64,000 bases of DNA from Acidimicrobiia bacterium (GTDB taxonomy: Bacteria > Actinomycetota > Acidimicrobiia > IMCC26256 > JBBRZM01): contig JBBRZM010000004.1 in the NCBI GenBank assembly GCA_038236695.1, forward strand, positions 24,716 through 88,715. The letters are read 5' to 3'. The notes under the pieces are model-generated. The model did not search any database. It was not told the origin of the DNA and saw nothing but the letters and a program-made list of their open reading frames with translations. The translations under genes were made by a program, and so were the position numbers. Position 1 is the stretch's first letter. Every line of letters begins with the position of its first letter. Below are positions 9,435-19,084 of the stretch, one piece after another.

Positions 9435-10916
9435 GTGCGCCCGGTGCTCACCCCCGAAGAGATGAGCGAGTCCGACCGCCGCACGATCGAGGCCGGCACG
9501 CCGCAAGCAGTGCTGATGGAGCGAGCCGGTCACGCGGTCGCGCGAGCCGTCCGGCGACTCACTGGTGGCGCGTACGGTGCCCGGGCGCTGATCGTCTGCG
9601 GCAAGGGCAACAACGGCGGCGACGGACTGGTCGCGGCGCGGGTGCTGACCGAGTGGGGCGTACGGGTCGACGTGATGAAGCTGTCCGACGGTATCGACCG
9701 CTTCTCGTTCACCCGCGCCCTGCGGCGCGAACCCGTGTTCGTCGACGCCATGTTCGGCACCGGCTTTCACGGCGAGCTCGACGACGACGCAGCGTGGGTG
9801 ACGACGGCGCTCGGCGCGCCCGGCGTGAAGGTCGTCGCCGTCGACATTCCATCCGGAGTCGATGGGAGCACCGGCGCGGTCGTCGCTGACGCCGTGCGCG
9901 CCGACGTCACCGTCACGTTCGCCGCGCTGAAGCCCGGTCTCGTGTGTCAGCCGGGACGCAGTCACGCGGGACGCGTCGAGGTCGTCGACATCGGTATCGA
10001 GCTCGCCGTCGAGTCCGGCGCGGTCGCACTCGGTGAGACCGAAGCGGCCGACGTGGAAGCCTGGCTGCCGAAACGCGACGTCGACACCCACAAGTGGGCC
10101 GTCGGTGGTGTCATGGTGGTCGGCGGCTCGGGCGGGATGATCGGCGCGCCCACACTCGTGAGCCACGCGGCGTTGCGTGCCGGCGCCGGCATCGTCTGGT
10201 GCGGCCTCCCGGGTACCGACGCGGCGGCGCGTGCATCGGGCACCGAGGTGATCACCAAGGCGTTGCCGGAGACGTCCGAAGGCTCGCTCGACGAGGCGGC
10301 GGCCGGGGTCGTGCTGCAAGGCCTCGACCGTTTCGGCGCGCTCGTCGTCGGTCCCGGCCTGGGCGGCGACGACCACACGCGCCGTGCGGTGGCCGACCTC
10401 GTTGCCGCGGCGCCCGTTCCGCTCGTGCTCGATGCCGACGGGCTCAACGCGCTGCACGGTGACCTCGGTCCACTCCACAAGCGGCACACGGCACAGAGCG
10501 AGGCCACCGTGCTCACGCCCCACGCGGCGGAGTTCGAGCGGCTGTTCGGGCGCCCCGTCGGCGACGACCGCGTCGAGACTGCACGCATAGCGGCGCAAGA
10601 CTCCGACTGCGTTGTACTGCTGAAGGGCTCCACCACGGTCATCGCCGCGCCTGACGGCCGCGCTGCGCTCAATCCCACTGGCGGCCCGTGGCTCGCGACC
10701 GCGGGCACGGGTGACGTGCTCTCCGGCATCGTTGGGGCGTTCATCGCTCGCGGCATGCCGGCTTTCGAAGGCGCGGTCGCCGCCGCCTGGGTACACGGAC
10801 GCGCTGCCGATTTCGCCGAACCGGCCGGGGTGACGGGGATGATCGCGAGTGACCTCGTCGCGGCGATTCCCCGTACGCTTATGGCCATCGACCGAGGCGA
10901 ATTGAGGGAGACCTGA
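9435..10916 (+). CDS. nnr: bifunctional NAD(P)H-hydrate repair enzyme (epimerase/dehydratase)
   Basis: YjeF-N motif GKGNNGGDGLVAAR. C-terminal kinase-fold motif ATAGTGDVLSG. Confidence 0.85.
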   Translation: MRPVLTPEEMSESDRRTIEAGTPQAVLMERAGHAVARAVRRLTGGAYGARALIVCGKGNNGGDGLVAARVLTEWGVRVDVMKLSDGIDRFSFTRALRREPVFVDAMFGTGFHGELDDDAAWVTTALGAPGVKVVAVDIPSGVDGSTGAVVADAVRADVTVTFAALKPGLVCQPGRSHAGRVEVVDIGIELAVESGAVALGETEAADVEAWLPKRDVDTHKWAVGGVMVVGGSGGMIGAPTLVSHAALRAGAGIVWCGLPGTDAAARASGTEVITKALPETSEGSLDEAAAGVVLQGLDRFGALVVGPGLGGDDHTRRAVADLVAAAPVPLVLDADGLNALHGDLGPLHKRHTAQSEATVLTPHAAEFERLFGRPVGDDRVETARIAAQDSDCVVLLKGSTTVIAAPDGRAALNPTGGPWLATAGTGDVLSGIVGAFIARGMPAFEGAVAAAWVHGRAADFAEPAGVTGMIASDLVAAIPRTLMAIDRGELRET

Positions 10917-11386
10917 TGCCGGCGACGACCCAGGTGAGCGCGGTGATGACGAGTGATGTCATCACTCTCCGCCCCGACCAGACGGTCGAGGCCGCGGCCG
11001 ACGCGCTGGCCGAGCGCCACATCGGCGCCGCACCGGTCGTCGCTGATGACGGCACGCTCGTCGGCCTCCTGCGCGACGAGGATCTCATCGTCTCCGAGGC
11101 GAGGCTTCACGTACCGACGGTCATCTCGTTCCTCAACGCCGAGATCGTGCTGCCGAGCGCGATGCACAAGTTCAAAGAGGAGCTGTCGAAAGCCGTCGGC
11201 GCGACGGTCGCCGAGGTGATGACCACCGAGTTCAAGTCGGTGATGGCCACCGACTCGCTGGAAATGCTCGCGACGCTCATGCACGAGAGTGACGTCACCC
11301 ACGTGCCGGTCGTGGGCGATGACGGCAAGCTCGTCGGCATCGTGTCGCGCGGTGATCTCGTCCGCTTCCTCGCTGAGACCACCTAG
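10916..11386 (+). CDS. CBS domain pair protein
   Basis: Two CBS-like repeats: VMTSDVITL...APVVADDGTLVGLL and VMTTEFKSV...VPVVGDDGKLVGIVSRGDL. Confidence 0.7.
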   Translation: MPATTQVSAVMTSDVITLRPDQTVEAAADALAERHIGAAPVVADDGTLVGLLRDEDLIVSEARLHVPTVISFLNAEIVLPSAMHKFKEELSKAVGATVAEVMTTEFKSVMATDSLEMLATLMHESDVTHVPVVGDDGKLVGIVSRGDLVRFLAETT

Positions 11387-11390
11387 GCCG

Positions 11391-12518
11391 ATGGCCGAGA
11401 TATTCCGGCCGGTGTGGAGCGAGATCGATCTCGACGCCGTTCGGGCCAACGTCGCCGCGCTGCGCGCCGCGGCCGAGCCCGCCGCACTCCTCGCGGTCGT
11501 GAAGGCCGACGGCTACGGGCACGGCGCGGTACCCGTTGCACGCGCTGCGCTCGACGCCGGTGCGGCCTGGCTCGGCGTCGCGTTGGTCGAAGAAGGCGTG
11601 ATGCTCCGCGACGCCGGGATCGACGCGCCGATCCTGCTCTTATCCGAGCCGCCACCCGTGGCCGCGGCGGCCGTGATTGCCGCGGCGCTGACGCCCGTCG
11701 TGTACACACCCGCCGGTATCGAGGCGCTGGCGAAAGCAGTGGTCGCGGCCGGACGCGAATCGGCGCTGCCCGTCCATCTGAAGGTCGATACCGGGATGCA
11801 TCGCGTCGGGTGTCACGTCGAGGAGGCACTCGGCCTGGTCGAGGCGATCGGTCAGCGTGGCGAGCTCCAGCTCGAAGGGATCTGCACCCATTTCGCGGTG
11901 GCCGACGAGCCTGACGACACGCACACCGTCGAGCAGCTGGCCCGATTCGACGCGCTGCTGGCGACGCTCGACGCCCGCGGTTTGCGCCCGCCGTTGGTGC
12001 ACGCCGCCAATTCGGCCGCGTTGCTCGCGTTTCCCCCGGCGCGCTACGACCTCGTGCGCGCCGGCATCGCCATCTACGGCGTGGCGCCCGCGCCCGGCTT
12101 TTCGTCATCGGTCGCGCTCGAGCCTGCACTCGCGTTCACGGCGCGTGTGTCTCACGTCAAGCGGCTTCCCGCCGGGGCGCGCGTCTCCTACGGGCTGCGC
12201 TACGAGCTCGCACACGACGCATGGATCGCGACGGTGCCGGCCGGATACGCCGATGGTGTGCCGCGCAATCTCGCGTCGGTAGGCGGCGAAGTGCTGCTGC
12301 GCGGTCGCCGGTATCCGATCGCCGGCACGGTCACGATGGACCAGCTCATGGTCGATACCGGCGACGACCCGGTCGACATCGGTGACGAGGTCGCGCTGAT
12401 CGGCCGCCAGGGCGACGAGGAGATCACCGCGAACGAGTGGGCCGAGCGACTCGGCACGATCGGCTACGAGATCGTGTGCGGGATCGGTGCTCGCGTGCCG
12501 AGACGGTACGTGCCGTGA
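11391..12518 (+). CDS. alr: alanine racemase
   Basis: PLP-lysine motif VVKADGYGHG. ATG 11391 (MAEIFRPVWSEIDLDAV) inside the longer ORF. Confidence 0.9.
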   Translation: MAEIFRPVWSEIDLDAVRANVAALRAAAEPAALLAVVKADGYGHGAVPVARAALDAGAAWLGVALVEEGVMLRDAGIDAPILLLSEPPPVAAAAVIAAALTPVVYTPAGIEALAKAVVAAGRESALPVHLKVDTGMHRVGCHVEEALGLVEAIGQRGELQLEGICTHFAVADEPDDTHTVEQLARFDALLATLDARGLRPPLVHAANSAALLAFPPARYDLVRAGIAIYGVAPAPGFSSSVALEPALAFTARVSHVKRLPAGARVSYGLRYELAHDAWIATVPAGYADGVPRNLASVGGEVLLRGRRYPIAGTVTMDQLMVDTGDDPVDIGDEVALIGRQGDEEITANEWAERLGTIGYEIVCGIGARVPRRYVP

Positions 12519-13528
12519 GAAACCCGAAGCTCCGCACGGTGCTCACGCTCGCGGGCGTTGCCGGCGGCGCGGTCGGTGCCCTGTACGGCGCACAGCGCCT
12601 CGCCGCGACACGCTTGCGCCACCGCCCCGATCTCGACGGAGGGCGCACGTTCGAGCCGACCTTTGACGAAGCCCGTCGCATCGACACGCACGACGGCGGC
12701 AGCCTGTACACCATCAGCCGCGGTGAGGGACCGCCGATCGTGCTGTCGCACGGGGTCACGCTGTCGACCCGTATCTGGACGCCGCAGTTCGACGCGTTGC
12801 CCGAAGCCGGCCTGCAAGTGATCGGCTTCGACCACCGCGGCCACGGCACGTCGCTCGCGGGCACGAGCGGACACTCGATCGACAATCTTGCCGACGACGT
12901 GCGCTCGATCATCGAGGCGCTCGACTTGCACGACACGGTGCTCGTCGGGCATTCGATGGGTGGGATCGGAGTCCAGGCGTTCGCAATCCGGCATCCCGAG
13001 CTCGCCGCGGCGCGTGTGCGTGGCATCGTGCTGCTGTCGACGCTCGCCAAGACGCACCTCAGCGGTTCGCGAAAGCTGCGTTGCGCGGTCGAGCAACTGT
13101 CCGACAAGGCGTTCTCGCTTCCCGACGTGATGGCCACTCCCAACTTGGGTCTGGTGCTCGCGCGCTTCGGGCACGGCCGCCATCCGCAGCTCAGCCACGT
13201 CGAGCTCAACCGGCAGCTCATCGCCGATTGCGACCGCGAGACGCGCCGGATCGCGACCAGGGCACTGTTCGGCCTCGACCTCACCGCCGGCCTCCCGAGC
13301 ATCCGGATCCCGACGCTGGTGATCTGTGGCACCGCGGACCTCATCACGCCGGCGCCGGAATCGCGGCGCATCGCCGAGCTGATCCCCGGTGCCCGCCTCG
13401 AGCTGTTCAAGGGCGGAGGCCACATGCTGATGCTCGAGCGGGCCGACGAGCTCAACCGGCTGCTCATCGATTTCGCCCGCGAGGTCGGCGCGCTGCCGTC
13501 GGTCCCGGCCTCCGCGGCTGGCCGGTGA
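12515..13528 (+). CDS. alpha/beta hydrolase fold protein
   Basis: Nucleophile elbow VGHSMGG and an HGV..S oxyanion region. GTG 12515 overlaps the alr stop (GTGA). Confidence 0.7.
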   Translation: MRNPKLRTVLTLAGVAGGAVGALYGAQRLAATRLRHRPDLDGGRTFEPTFDEARRIDTHDGGSLYTISRGEGPPIVLSHGVTLSTRIWTPQFDALPEAGLQVIGFDHRGHGTSLAGTSGHSIDNLADDVRSIIEALDLHDTVLVGHSMGGIGVQAFAIRHPELAAARVRGIVLLSTLAKTHLSGSRKLRCAVEQLSDKAFSLPDVMATPNLGLVLARFGHGRHPQLSHVELNRQLIADCDRETRRIATRALFGLDLTAGLPSIRIPTLVICGTADLITPAPESRRIAELIPGARLELFKGGGHMLMLERADELNRLLIDFAREVGALPSVPASAAGR

Positions 13529-13593
13529 CCCGGCAAGTTTCTGGATCTTTCCCGCGTTAGCGGCGAAAGGGACAGTCGGGTAGCCTCGCCACT

Positions 13594-14232
13594 ATGCGCC
13601 GCTTCACACAACTTGTCGTACTCAGCGCGTGCGGTGCGGCGCTCGCGGCGGGCTGCAGCGGCGGCGGTTCGGGGAGCGCGCGGCGAAGCACTCCGAATGG
13701 GCGACCCCCAGTCTCGTCGAGCACGACGACGACCGCGCCCAAGGTCGTGCGCATCGACTTGAGCAAGCCCATTCCCGGCGGATCGCTGCACGGCACCCCG
13801 CGCCCCAGGTTGGAGAACACTGGAACGGACTACGTCGCGATCTTCAAGTCGCTCACAGCCCAGTGGCGGTGGTGGGGCGAGAATCCCGACACCGCCACCC
13901 TCGACGCGATCTACGTACCGGGCACCGCCGTCCACGACGCCAAGGTCGCCGACGCGCACAAGCTAATCGACACCAACCACCGGTGGGCCGATGACAACTA
14001 CCGGCTCATCTCGGTCGACGTCCGCGCGGTGCAGCCCCAGGCCGTCTCGCTGCGGGTCGTGGACAACCGGGACAACGACAAGATCGTCGACGCGGCCGGT
14101 GTGCAGTTCGGCCCGCTTCTGCCCCACGGCACGCCGTTGTCGTACGACATCGTGTTGCAGCCCGACAACGACGGACGGTGGCGGACATACGCCGTGCATC
14201 TTGTCGTGGACGATCCGACAGTGCAGTTGTGA
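13594..14232 (+). CDS. putative lipoprotein, function unknown
   Basis: MRRFTQLVVLSACGAALAAGC lipobox. G/C-rich third codon positions. Confidence 0.55.
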   Translation: MRRFTQLVVLSACGAALAAGCSGGGSGSARRSTPNGRPPVSSSTTTTAPKVVRIDLSKPIPGGSLHGTPRPRLENTGTDYVAIFKSLTAQWRWWGENPDTATLDAIYVPGTAVHDAKVADAHKLIDTNHRWADDNYRLISVDVRAVQPQAVSLRVVDNRDNDKIVDAAGVQFGPLLPHGTPLSYDIVLQPDNDGRWRTYAVHLVVDDPTVQL

Positions 14233-15044
14233 AGGCCAAGCTCCTGGTGGCGCTCACGATCGGCGTCCTCGCGATGCCGTTCGGTGTCGCACACGCGGAC
14301 GGAACAGATCCGGCCGTCGGCGGCGGGAGCGTGAGCGACGATGGCGGTGTCACCGTTGGCATCGGACTGGCGGGCGCCGAGGGCCACGACGGCAAGCCCG
14401 GCGCGGGGAACGCGGCGACGGTGTCGCCGTATCGCTACCAGTGGGTGCGGGCGACCGCGGTCGGCAACCAGGGCGTGGGCGGGTTGTGTGCGATCCCCGG
14501 CGATCCGTTCGGGGGCTTGCCTTGGGTCCGCAACACCTATGACCTGGCGGGCAACCTCGTCACGTGGGACATCGTGTGCCTGCCGGCCCAGACCACGCAG
14601 GCAACGCTGCCGGCGTTGCCGCCGGTACCGACGATCGCCGACATCTGGGCGGTCGCGCTGAAGCAGATCCCACGGCCGGTGCTCGGCGCCGACCCGGCAA
14701 CTGGTCTCACGGGCCTCGACACGCACCTCTGGTACGACGGGCCGGAGACGGTCTCGATCGGCGCCACGATCGGCGAGTGGACAGTCATCGGCACCGCGCA
14801 TCTCGTGAGCGCGACGTTCGACACCGGCGACGGCACCAGGACTGCGGCCGCGCCCCGTCCTCAGACCGATGTGACCTACGAACGCAAAGGTGACCGCACC
14901 CTCGTGATCACGGCGCGCTGGGAAGCCGATGTCGTCATGACCGGACCCGGCGTCACGGCCCGACCGACGGCGATCGGCGCCGCGCTCTTGCGCAGCACCC
15001 AGCCGTACCACGTGCGAGAGGTCCGCAGCGTGCTCGTGCCGTGA
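14229..15044 (+). CDS. putative secreted protein, function unknown
   Basis: GTG 14229 overlaps the upstream stop. [23 protein letters not shown] signal-peptide-like N-terminus. Confidence 0.5.
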   Translation: MKAKLLVALTIGVLAMPFGVAHADGTDPAVGGGSVSDDGGVTVGIGLAGAEGHDGKPGAGNAATVSPYRYQWVRATAVGNQGVGGLCAIPGDPFGGLPWVRNTYDLAGNLVTWDIVCLPAQTTQATLPALPPVPTIADIWAVALKQIPRPVLGADPATGLTGLDTHLWYDGPETVSIGATIGEWTVIGTAHLVSATFDTGDGTRTAAAPRPQTDVTYERKGDRTLVITARWEADVVMTGPGVTARPTAIGAALLRSTQPYHVREVRSVLVP

Positions 15045-15727
15045 TCGCGGCGCTGTTCCCAGGCGCGTCGAGGCAGGTCACCGGTACCATGCCGCTGAGC
15101 AAGCAGCATCCGTGCCGACTCGGAGCCGCCGTGCCCGTCGATCTCGAGCCCCGTTCGTTCGCATCCTTCGCCGAGCTCGAGCGTGAAGCGCTCGGCTGTC
15201 TGCGCTGCCCACTTTCTGAGGGTCGTACCCAGGTCGTCTTCGGCGTCGGTGACCCGAACGCCGACTTGATGTTCGTGGGTGAGGGGCCGGGCGAGCAGGA
15301 AGATCTGCAGGGGGAGCCGTTCGTCGGCCGGGCCGGTCAGCTGCTCACGCAGCTCATCGAGGGCATCGGGCTCACCCGGGCCGACGTCTACATCGCCAAC
15401 GTCGTCAAATGCCGGCCGCCCGGCAACCGTGACCCGCTGCCGTTCGAGATCGCGCAGTGCAGCCCGTTCCTCGAAGCGCAGCTTGGCTTCATCGCGCCGA
15501 AAGTCGTCGTCACGCTCGGCAACTTCGCCACCAAGCTGCTGCTCGACACGAAAGAGGGGATCACGAAGCTGCGGGGGCGAGAGTTCCCGTTCCGAGACGG
15601 CGCGGTCCTCATTCCCGCGCTGCACCCGTCCGCCGTGTTACGCAACGGCGGGCAGGCATTGGCCCAAGCGCGCGCCGACTTCGTGATCATGAAGCGCGCG
15701 CTCGCGGCGGGGGCTGAGTCGCAATGA
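15041..15727 (+). CDS. uracil-DNA glycosylase, family 4
   Basis: [23 protein letters not shown] and HPSAVLR motifs, with Cys residues CLRC...C...C consistent with a 4Fe-4S family-4 UDG. GTGA-coupled start. Confidence 0.8.
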   Translation: MIAALFPGASRQVTGTMPLSKQHPCRLGAAVPVDLEPRSFASFAELEREALGCLRCPLSEGRTQVVFGVGDPNADLMFVGEGPGEQEDLQGEPFVGRAGQLLTQLIEGIGLTRADVYIANVVKCRPPGNRDPLPFEIAQCSPFLEAQLGFIAPKVVVTLGNFATKLLLDTKEGITKLRGREFPFRDGAVLIPALHPSAVLRNGGQALAQARADFVIMKRALAAGAESQ

Positions 15728-16221
15728 ACGAGCTGCGCGCAGTCACTGAGTCTGCGCTCGAGACGCTCGAGATCGCAGCGCGCGTGGGCGCGGTGCTCCG
15801 AGCCGGCGACCTGGTCGTGCTCGAGGGCGGCCTCGGCGCAGGCAAGACGGTGTTCGCGAAGGGTGTCGCACGCGCACTGGGCGTCACCGACACCGTGGTG
15901 AGCCCGACGTTCACGATCGTGCGTGAGTACCGCGGCCGCATGCCGCTCGTGCACGTCGACGTCTACCGGCTCGACACGATTCAAGAGGTCGAGGACCTCG
16001 GCATCGACGAGATCATCGCCGACGACCGGGTGACGCTCGTCGAGTGGGGCGATGTGATCGCGTTTGTGCTTCCCGCGGAACGGCTCATCATCCGGCTCGA
16101 ACTGGGCGAGCGTGACGACTCCCGCCGCATCACCGCGCTCCCGATCGGCGCACGCTGGGCCGACCGCGCCGACGCGCTCGCTGCCGCACTGCAAGCCACG
16201 GCGCGCGTGGGGGGTGCGTAG
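15724..16221 (+). CDS. tsaE: tRNA t6A biosynthesis ATPase TsaE
   Basis: P-loop GGLGAGKTVFAKG. Position upstream of tsaB-rimI-tsaD. Confidence 0.85.
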   Translation: MNELRAVTESALETLEIAARVGAVLRAGDLVVLEGGLGAGKTVFAKGVARALGVTDTVVSPTFTIVREYRGRMPLVHVDVYRLDTIQEVEDLGIDEIIADDRVTLVEWGDVIAFVLPAERLIIRLELGERDDSRRITALPIGARWADRADALAAALQATARVGGA

Positions 16222-16224
16222 TCG

Positions 16225-16920
16225 ATGCTGTTGCTCGCGCTCGACACCTCCACGGCTCGAGTCAGCGTCGCGGTCGGCTCCGACGGCGACGTGATCGGCG
16301 ACGTGCAGCTCTCGGGCCGCCAACGCCACACCGAACGGCTCGCGCCGGCCATCGCCTACCTGTGCGCGGAGCTCGACATCGAGATGCGTCAGCTCTCGGC
16401 CATTGCCGTCGGCATCGGTCCCGGGCTCTTCACCGGGCTGCGGGTCGGTGTCACCACCGCGAAGGTGATGGCCCAGGCGCTGCGCATCCCGATCGTCGGG
16501 ATTCCGAGCTTGGATCTCGTCGCGTACCCACTTCGGCACACGCGCCGGCTCGTCGTCGCGATCCTTGACGCGCGGCGCCACGAAGTGTTCCACGCTCGGT
16601 ATTGGACCGTTCCCGGCGGCGTGCAACGCGCGTCCGAATACGAGGTCGGTGCGCCCGGCGACTTGGTGGTCGAGCTCGAGGCCGAGGGCGCGGAGACGTT
16701 GCTCGCCGGTGATGGCGCGCTGCGTTACCGTCACGAGTTCGAAAAGCTCGAACGCGCCGAGTTGGCCGGCACTGCGTTCGCGTCGCCCAGCGCAGCCGCC
16801 CTTGTGGAGCTCGCGACTGCGCGCATGGAGCGGGAGGAGTTCGCGGCGCCATGGGACATCCACCCGCTCTATCTCCGCAAGAGCGACGCAGAGATCGAAT
16901 GGAACCGGCAGGTGTCATGA
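16225..16920 (+). CDS. tsaB: tRNA t6A biosynthesis protein TsaB
   Basis: MLLLALDTSTARVSVAV N-terminus and GIGPGLFTGLRVG. Confidence 0.8.
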   Translation: MLLLALDTSTARVSVAVGSDGDVIGDVQLSGRQRHTERLAPAIAYLCAELDIEMRQLSAIAVGIGPGLFTGLRVGVTTAKVMAQALRIPIVGIPSLDLVAYPLRHTRRLVVAILDARRHEVFHARYWTVPGGVQRASEYEVGAPGDLVVELEAEGAETLLAGDGALRYRHEFEKLERAELAGTAFASPSAAALVELATARMEREEFAAPWDIHPLYLRKSDAEIEWNRQVS

Positions 16921-16946
16921 CCCGGCGATCGCGGTAACACGTACCA

Positions 16947-17504
16947 ATGGCTGCGGAACGAGTGCCCCAACCGCTGATGGTCGACGTGGTCCCGATGCGG
17001 CGCCGTCACGTGCGATCGGTGCTGCGAATCGAGGCGCAGGTCTACCCCCAGCCGTGGAGCATGTCGCTGTTCATGAGCGAGCTCGCGTTGCGTTCGACAC
17101 GGGCATACTTCGTCGCGCGTATCGGTCGCGAGGTCGTGGGGTACGCGGGACTGATGATGACGATGGAAGACGGCCACGTCACCACGATCGCCGTCGATCC
17201 GAAGTGGCACCGACAGCAGGTCGGCACCCGGCTGATGCTCGGGCTCGCCCGTGAGGTCCGGGCCCGTGACGCCGAGAACCTCACCTTGGAAGTGCGCCTG
17301 TCCAACAAGGCCGCCCAGGACATGTACCGCAAGTTCGGCTTCGCGCCCGTGGGGATCCGCAAGAACTACTACGCCGAGACCAGCGAGGACGCGCTCGTGA
17401 TGTGGTCACGCGAGATCGGCACGCCGGCGTACGGCGAGCTGCTCGACGGGCTCGAGCGCCAGCTCCGCGGTCACACGCACTACGAAGAGCCCAAGCGCTG
17501 GTGA
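16947..17504 (+). CDS. rimI: ribosomal-protein-alanine N-acetyltransferase (GNAT)
   Basis: GNAT core IAVDPKWHRQQVGTRLM and YRKFGF. Conserved position between tsaB and tsaD. The exact start is uncertain. Confidence 0.8.
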   Translation: MAAERVPQPLMVDVVPMRRRHVRSVLRIEAQVYPQPWSMSLFMSELALRSTRAYFVARIGREVVGYAGLMMTMEDGHVTTIAVDPKWHRQQVGTRLMLGLAREVRARDAENLTLEVRLSNKAAQDMYRKFGFAPVGIRKNYYAETSEDALVMWSREIGTPAYGELLDGLERQLRGHTHYEEPKRW

Positions 17505-18496
17505 AGATCCTCGGCATCGAGACGTCATGCGACGAGACGGCCGCCGCGGTGGTGGAGGACGGCCGGCATCTGCGTTCCTCGGTGGTGTCGAGCCAGATCG
17601 ACCTGCACGCTCCGTACGGCGGCGTCGTGCCCGAGATCGCGAGTCGGGCGCACGTCGAGCTCATCAACCCGGTGATTGCCGAGGCGCTCGTGGAAGCAGG
17701 CGTCGAGCTCGGTGACCTCGACGCGGTGGCCGCGTGCCACGGCCCGGGGCTTGCGGGCGCGCTGCTCGTCGGTGTGAGCGCGGCCAAGGCGATTGCGCTG
17801 AGCACCGGGCTGCCCTACGTCGAGGTCAACCATCTCGAGGCGCACCTCTACGCCGCGTGGCTCGAGGAGCCCGACCTCGAACCGCCGCTGGCCGTGCTGA
17901 TCGTGTCCGGCGGCCACACGATGCTGGTGATCATGGAGGGCCACGGGCGCTACCGAGTGCTCGGCCAGACGGTCGACGACGCCGCGGGGGAGGCGTTCGA
18001 CAAGGTCGCGCGCTATCTCGGGCTCGGCTATCCCGGCGGTCCTGCGATCGACCGGCTCGCGGCGACGGGCGACGCCGAAGCGATCCGGTTCCCGCGCCCG
18101 ATGCTCGACGACAGCTTCGACTTCTCGTTCTCGGGGCTGAAGACCGCGGTCGTGAACCATGTGCGGCGCCACCCCGACGCGGAAGTGCGCGATGTGGCCG
18201 CGTCGTTTCAGGAAGCGGTCGTCGACGTGCTGGTCGAGAAACTCGTTGCCGCGGCGGACGAGGCCGGCGCGCGCACCCTTGTGCTCGGAGGTGGCGTGGC
18301 CGCGAACTCGCGGCTGCGCGAGCGCGTCCTCGACGCGGCCGACGCCGGCGGCCGGCGCGCCTTCGTGCCGCCGCTGTCGTTGTGTACCGACAACGGGGCG
18401 ATGATCGCGGCGACCGCGTGGTGGCGGTTCCGTGCCGACGGGCCGTCGCCGCTCTCGGCCGGCGCGACCCCCGATCTGCGCTTGCCCAGCGTCTGA
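17501..18496 (+). CDS. tsaD: tRNA N6-adenosine threonylcarbamoyltransferase
   Basis: VKILGIETSCDETAAAV at GTG 17501 (GTGA overlap with the rimI stop). The longer ORF start 17402 was not used. Confidence 0.9.
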   Translation: MKILGIETSCDETAAAVVEDGRHLRSSVVSSQIDLHAPYGGVVPEIASRAHVELINPVIAEALVEAGVELGDLDAVAACHGPGLAGALLVGVSAAKAIALSTGLPYVEVNHLEAHLYAAWLEEPDLEPPLAVLIVSGGHTMLVIMEGHGRYRVLGQTVDDAAGEAFDKVARYLGLGYPGGPAIDRLAATGDAEAIRFPRPMLDDSFDFSFSGLKTAVVNHVRRHPDAEVRDVAASFQEAVVDVLVEKLVAAADEAGARTLVLGGGVAANSRLRERVLDAADAGGRRAFVPPLSLCTDNGAMIAATAWWRFRADGPSPLSAGATPDLRLPSV

Positions 18497-18558
18497 GGAC
18501 CCCATCGAACGCCCCCACGGCCGGGCTTGCCGGGTCGGGAGGCGGCTGATACCTTGGG

Positions 18559-18585
18559 CTGGCACTCCACACCTGCGAGTGCTAA
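18559..18585 (+). promoter_or_regulatory. CIRCE-like HrcA operator upstream of groES
   Basis: CTGGCACTC-N9-GAGTGCTAA versus consensus TTAGCACTC-N9-GAGTGCTAA. The right arm is perfect and the left arm has 2 mismatches. It lies ~80 nt upstream of groES. Confidence 0.7.
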
Positions 18586-18663
18586 CCGTTCGAGTCCCAG
18601 CGTGACACCCGTTTCGACACACGAGCGGCTCCCGCCCCACCCGCCCGCCCAGGAGGCCTATCC

Positions 18664-18975
18664 ATGAATCTGCAGCCGCTGGAAGACCGGATCGTCGTTC
18701 GTGCCGCGGAGGCCGAAGAGACGACCGTGAGCGGCCTGGTCATCCCCGACACGGCCAAAGAGAAGCCCCAGCAGGGCGAGGTGCTGGCCGCCGGCCCGGG
18801 CCGTCGCTCCGACCAGACCGGTGAGCTGATCCCTGTCGATGTTGCCGTCGGCGACACCATCGTGTACTCGAAGTACGGCGGCACCGAGATCACGGTCGAC
18901 GGCGAAGACCTGTTGATCCTCACCAGCCGTGACGTGCTCGCCAGAGTCGTCGGTGACAAGAAAAAGAAGAAGTAG
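18664..18975 (+). CDS. groES: co-chaperonin GroES
   Basis: [46 protein letters not shown]. Confidence 0.95.
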   Translation: MNLQPLEDRIVVRAAEAEETTVSGLVIPDTAKEKPQQGEVLAAGPGRRSDQTGELIPVDVAVGDTIVYSKYGGTEITVDGEDLLILTSRDVLARVVGDKKKKK

Positions 18976-19030
18976 TCCACCACCACCACAAAATCGACTC
19001 GAAGCGGCAATCGATGGGCGCCGCTTCGGC

Positions 19031-19057
19031 GCGTCCGGCGCGTCCGGCGCGTCCGGC
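19031..19057. repeat. 9-bp tandem repeat x3 (GCGTCCGGC)
   Basis: Read directly from the sequence, in the groES-Nudix intergenic region. Confidence 0.9.
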
Positions 19058-19084
19058 ACGACACGCGTCGGTACGCTCGGTCGG

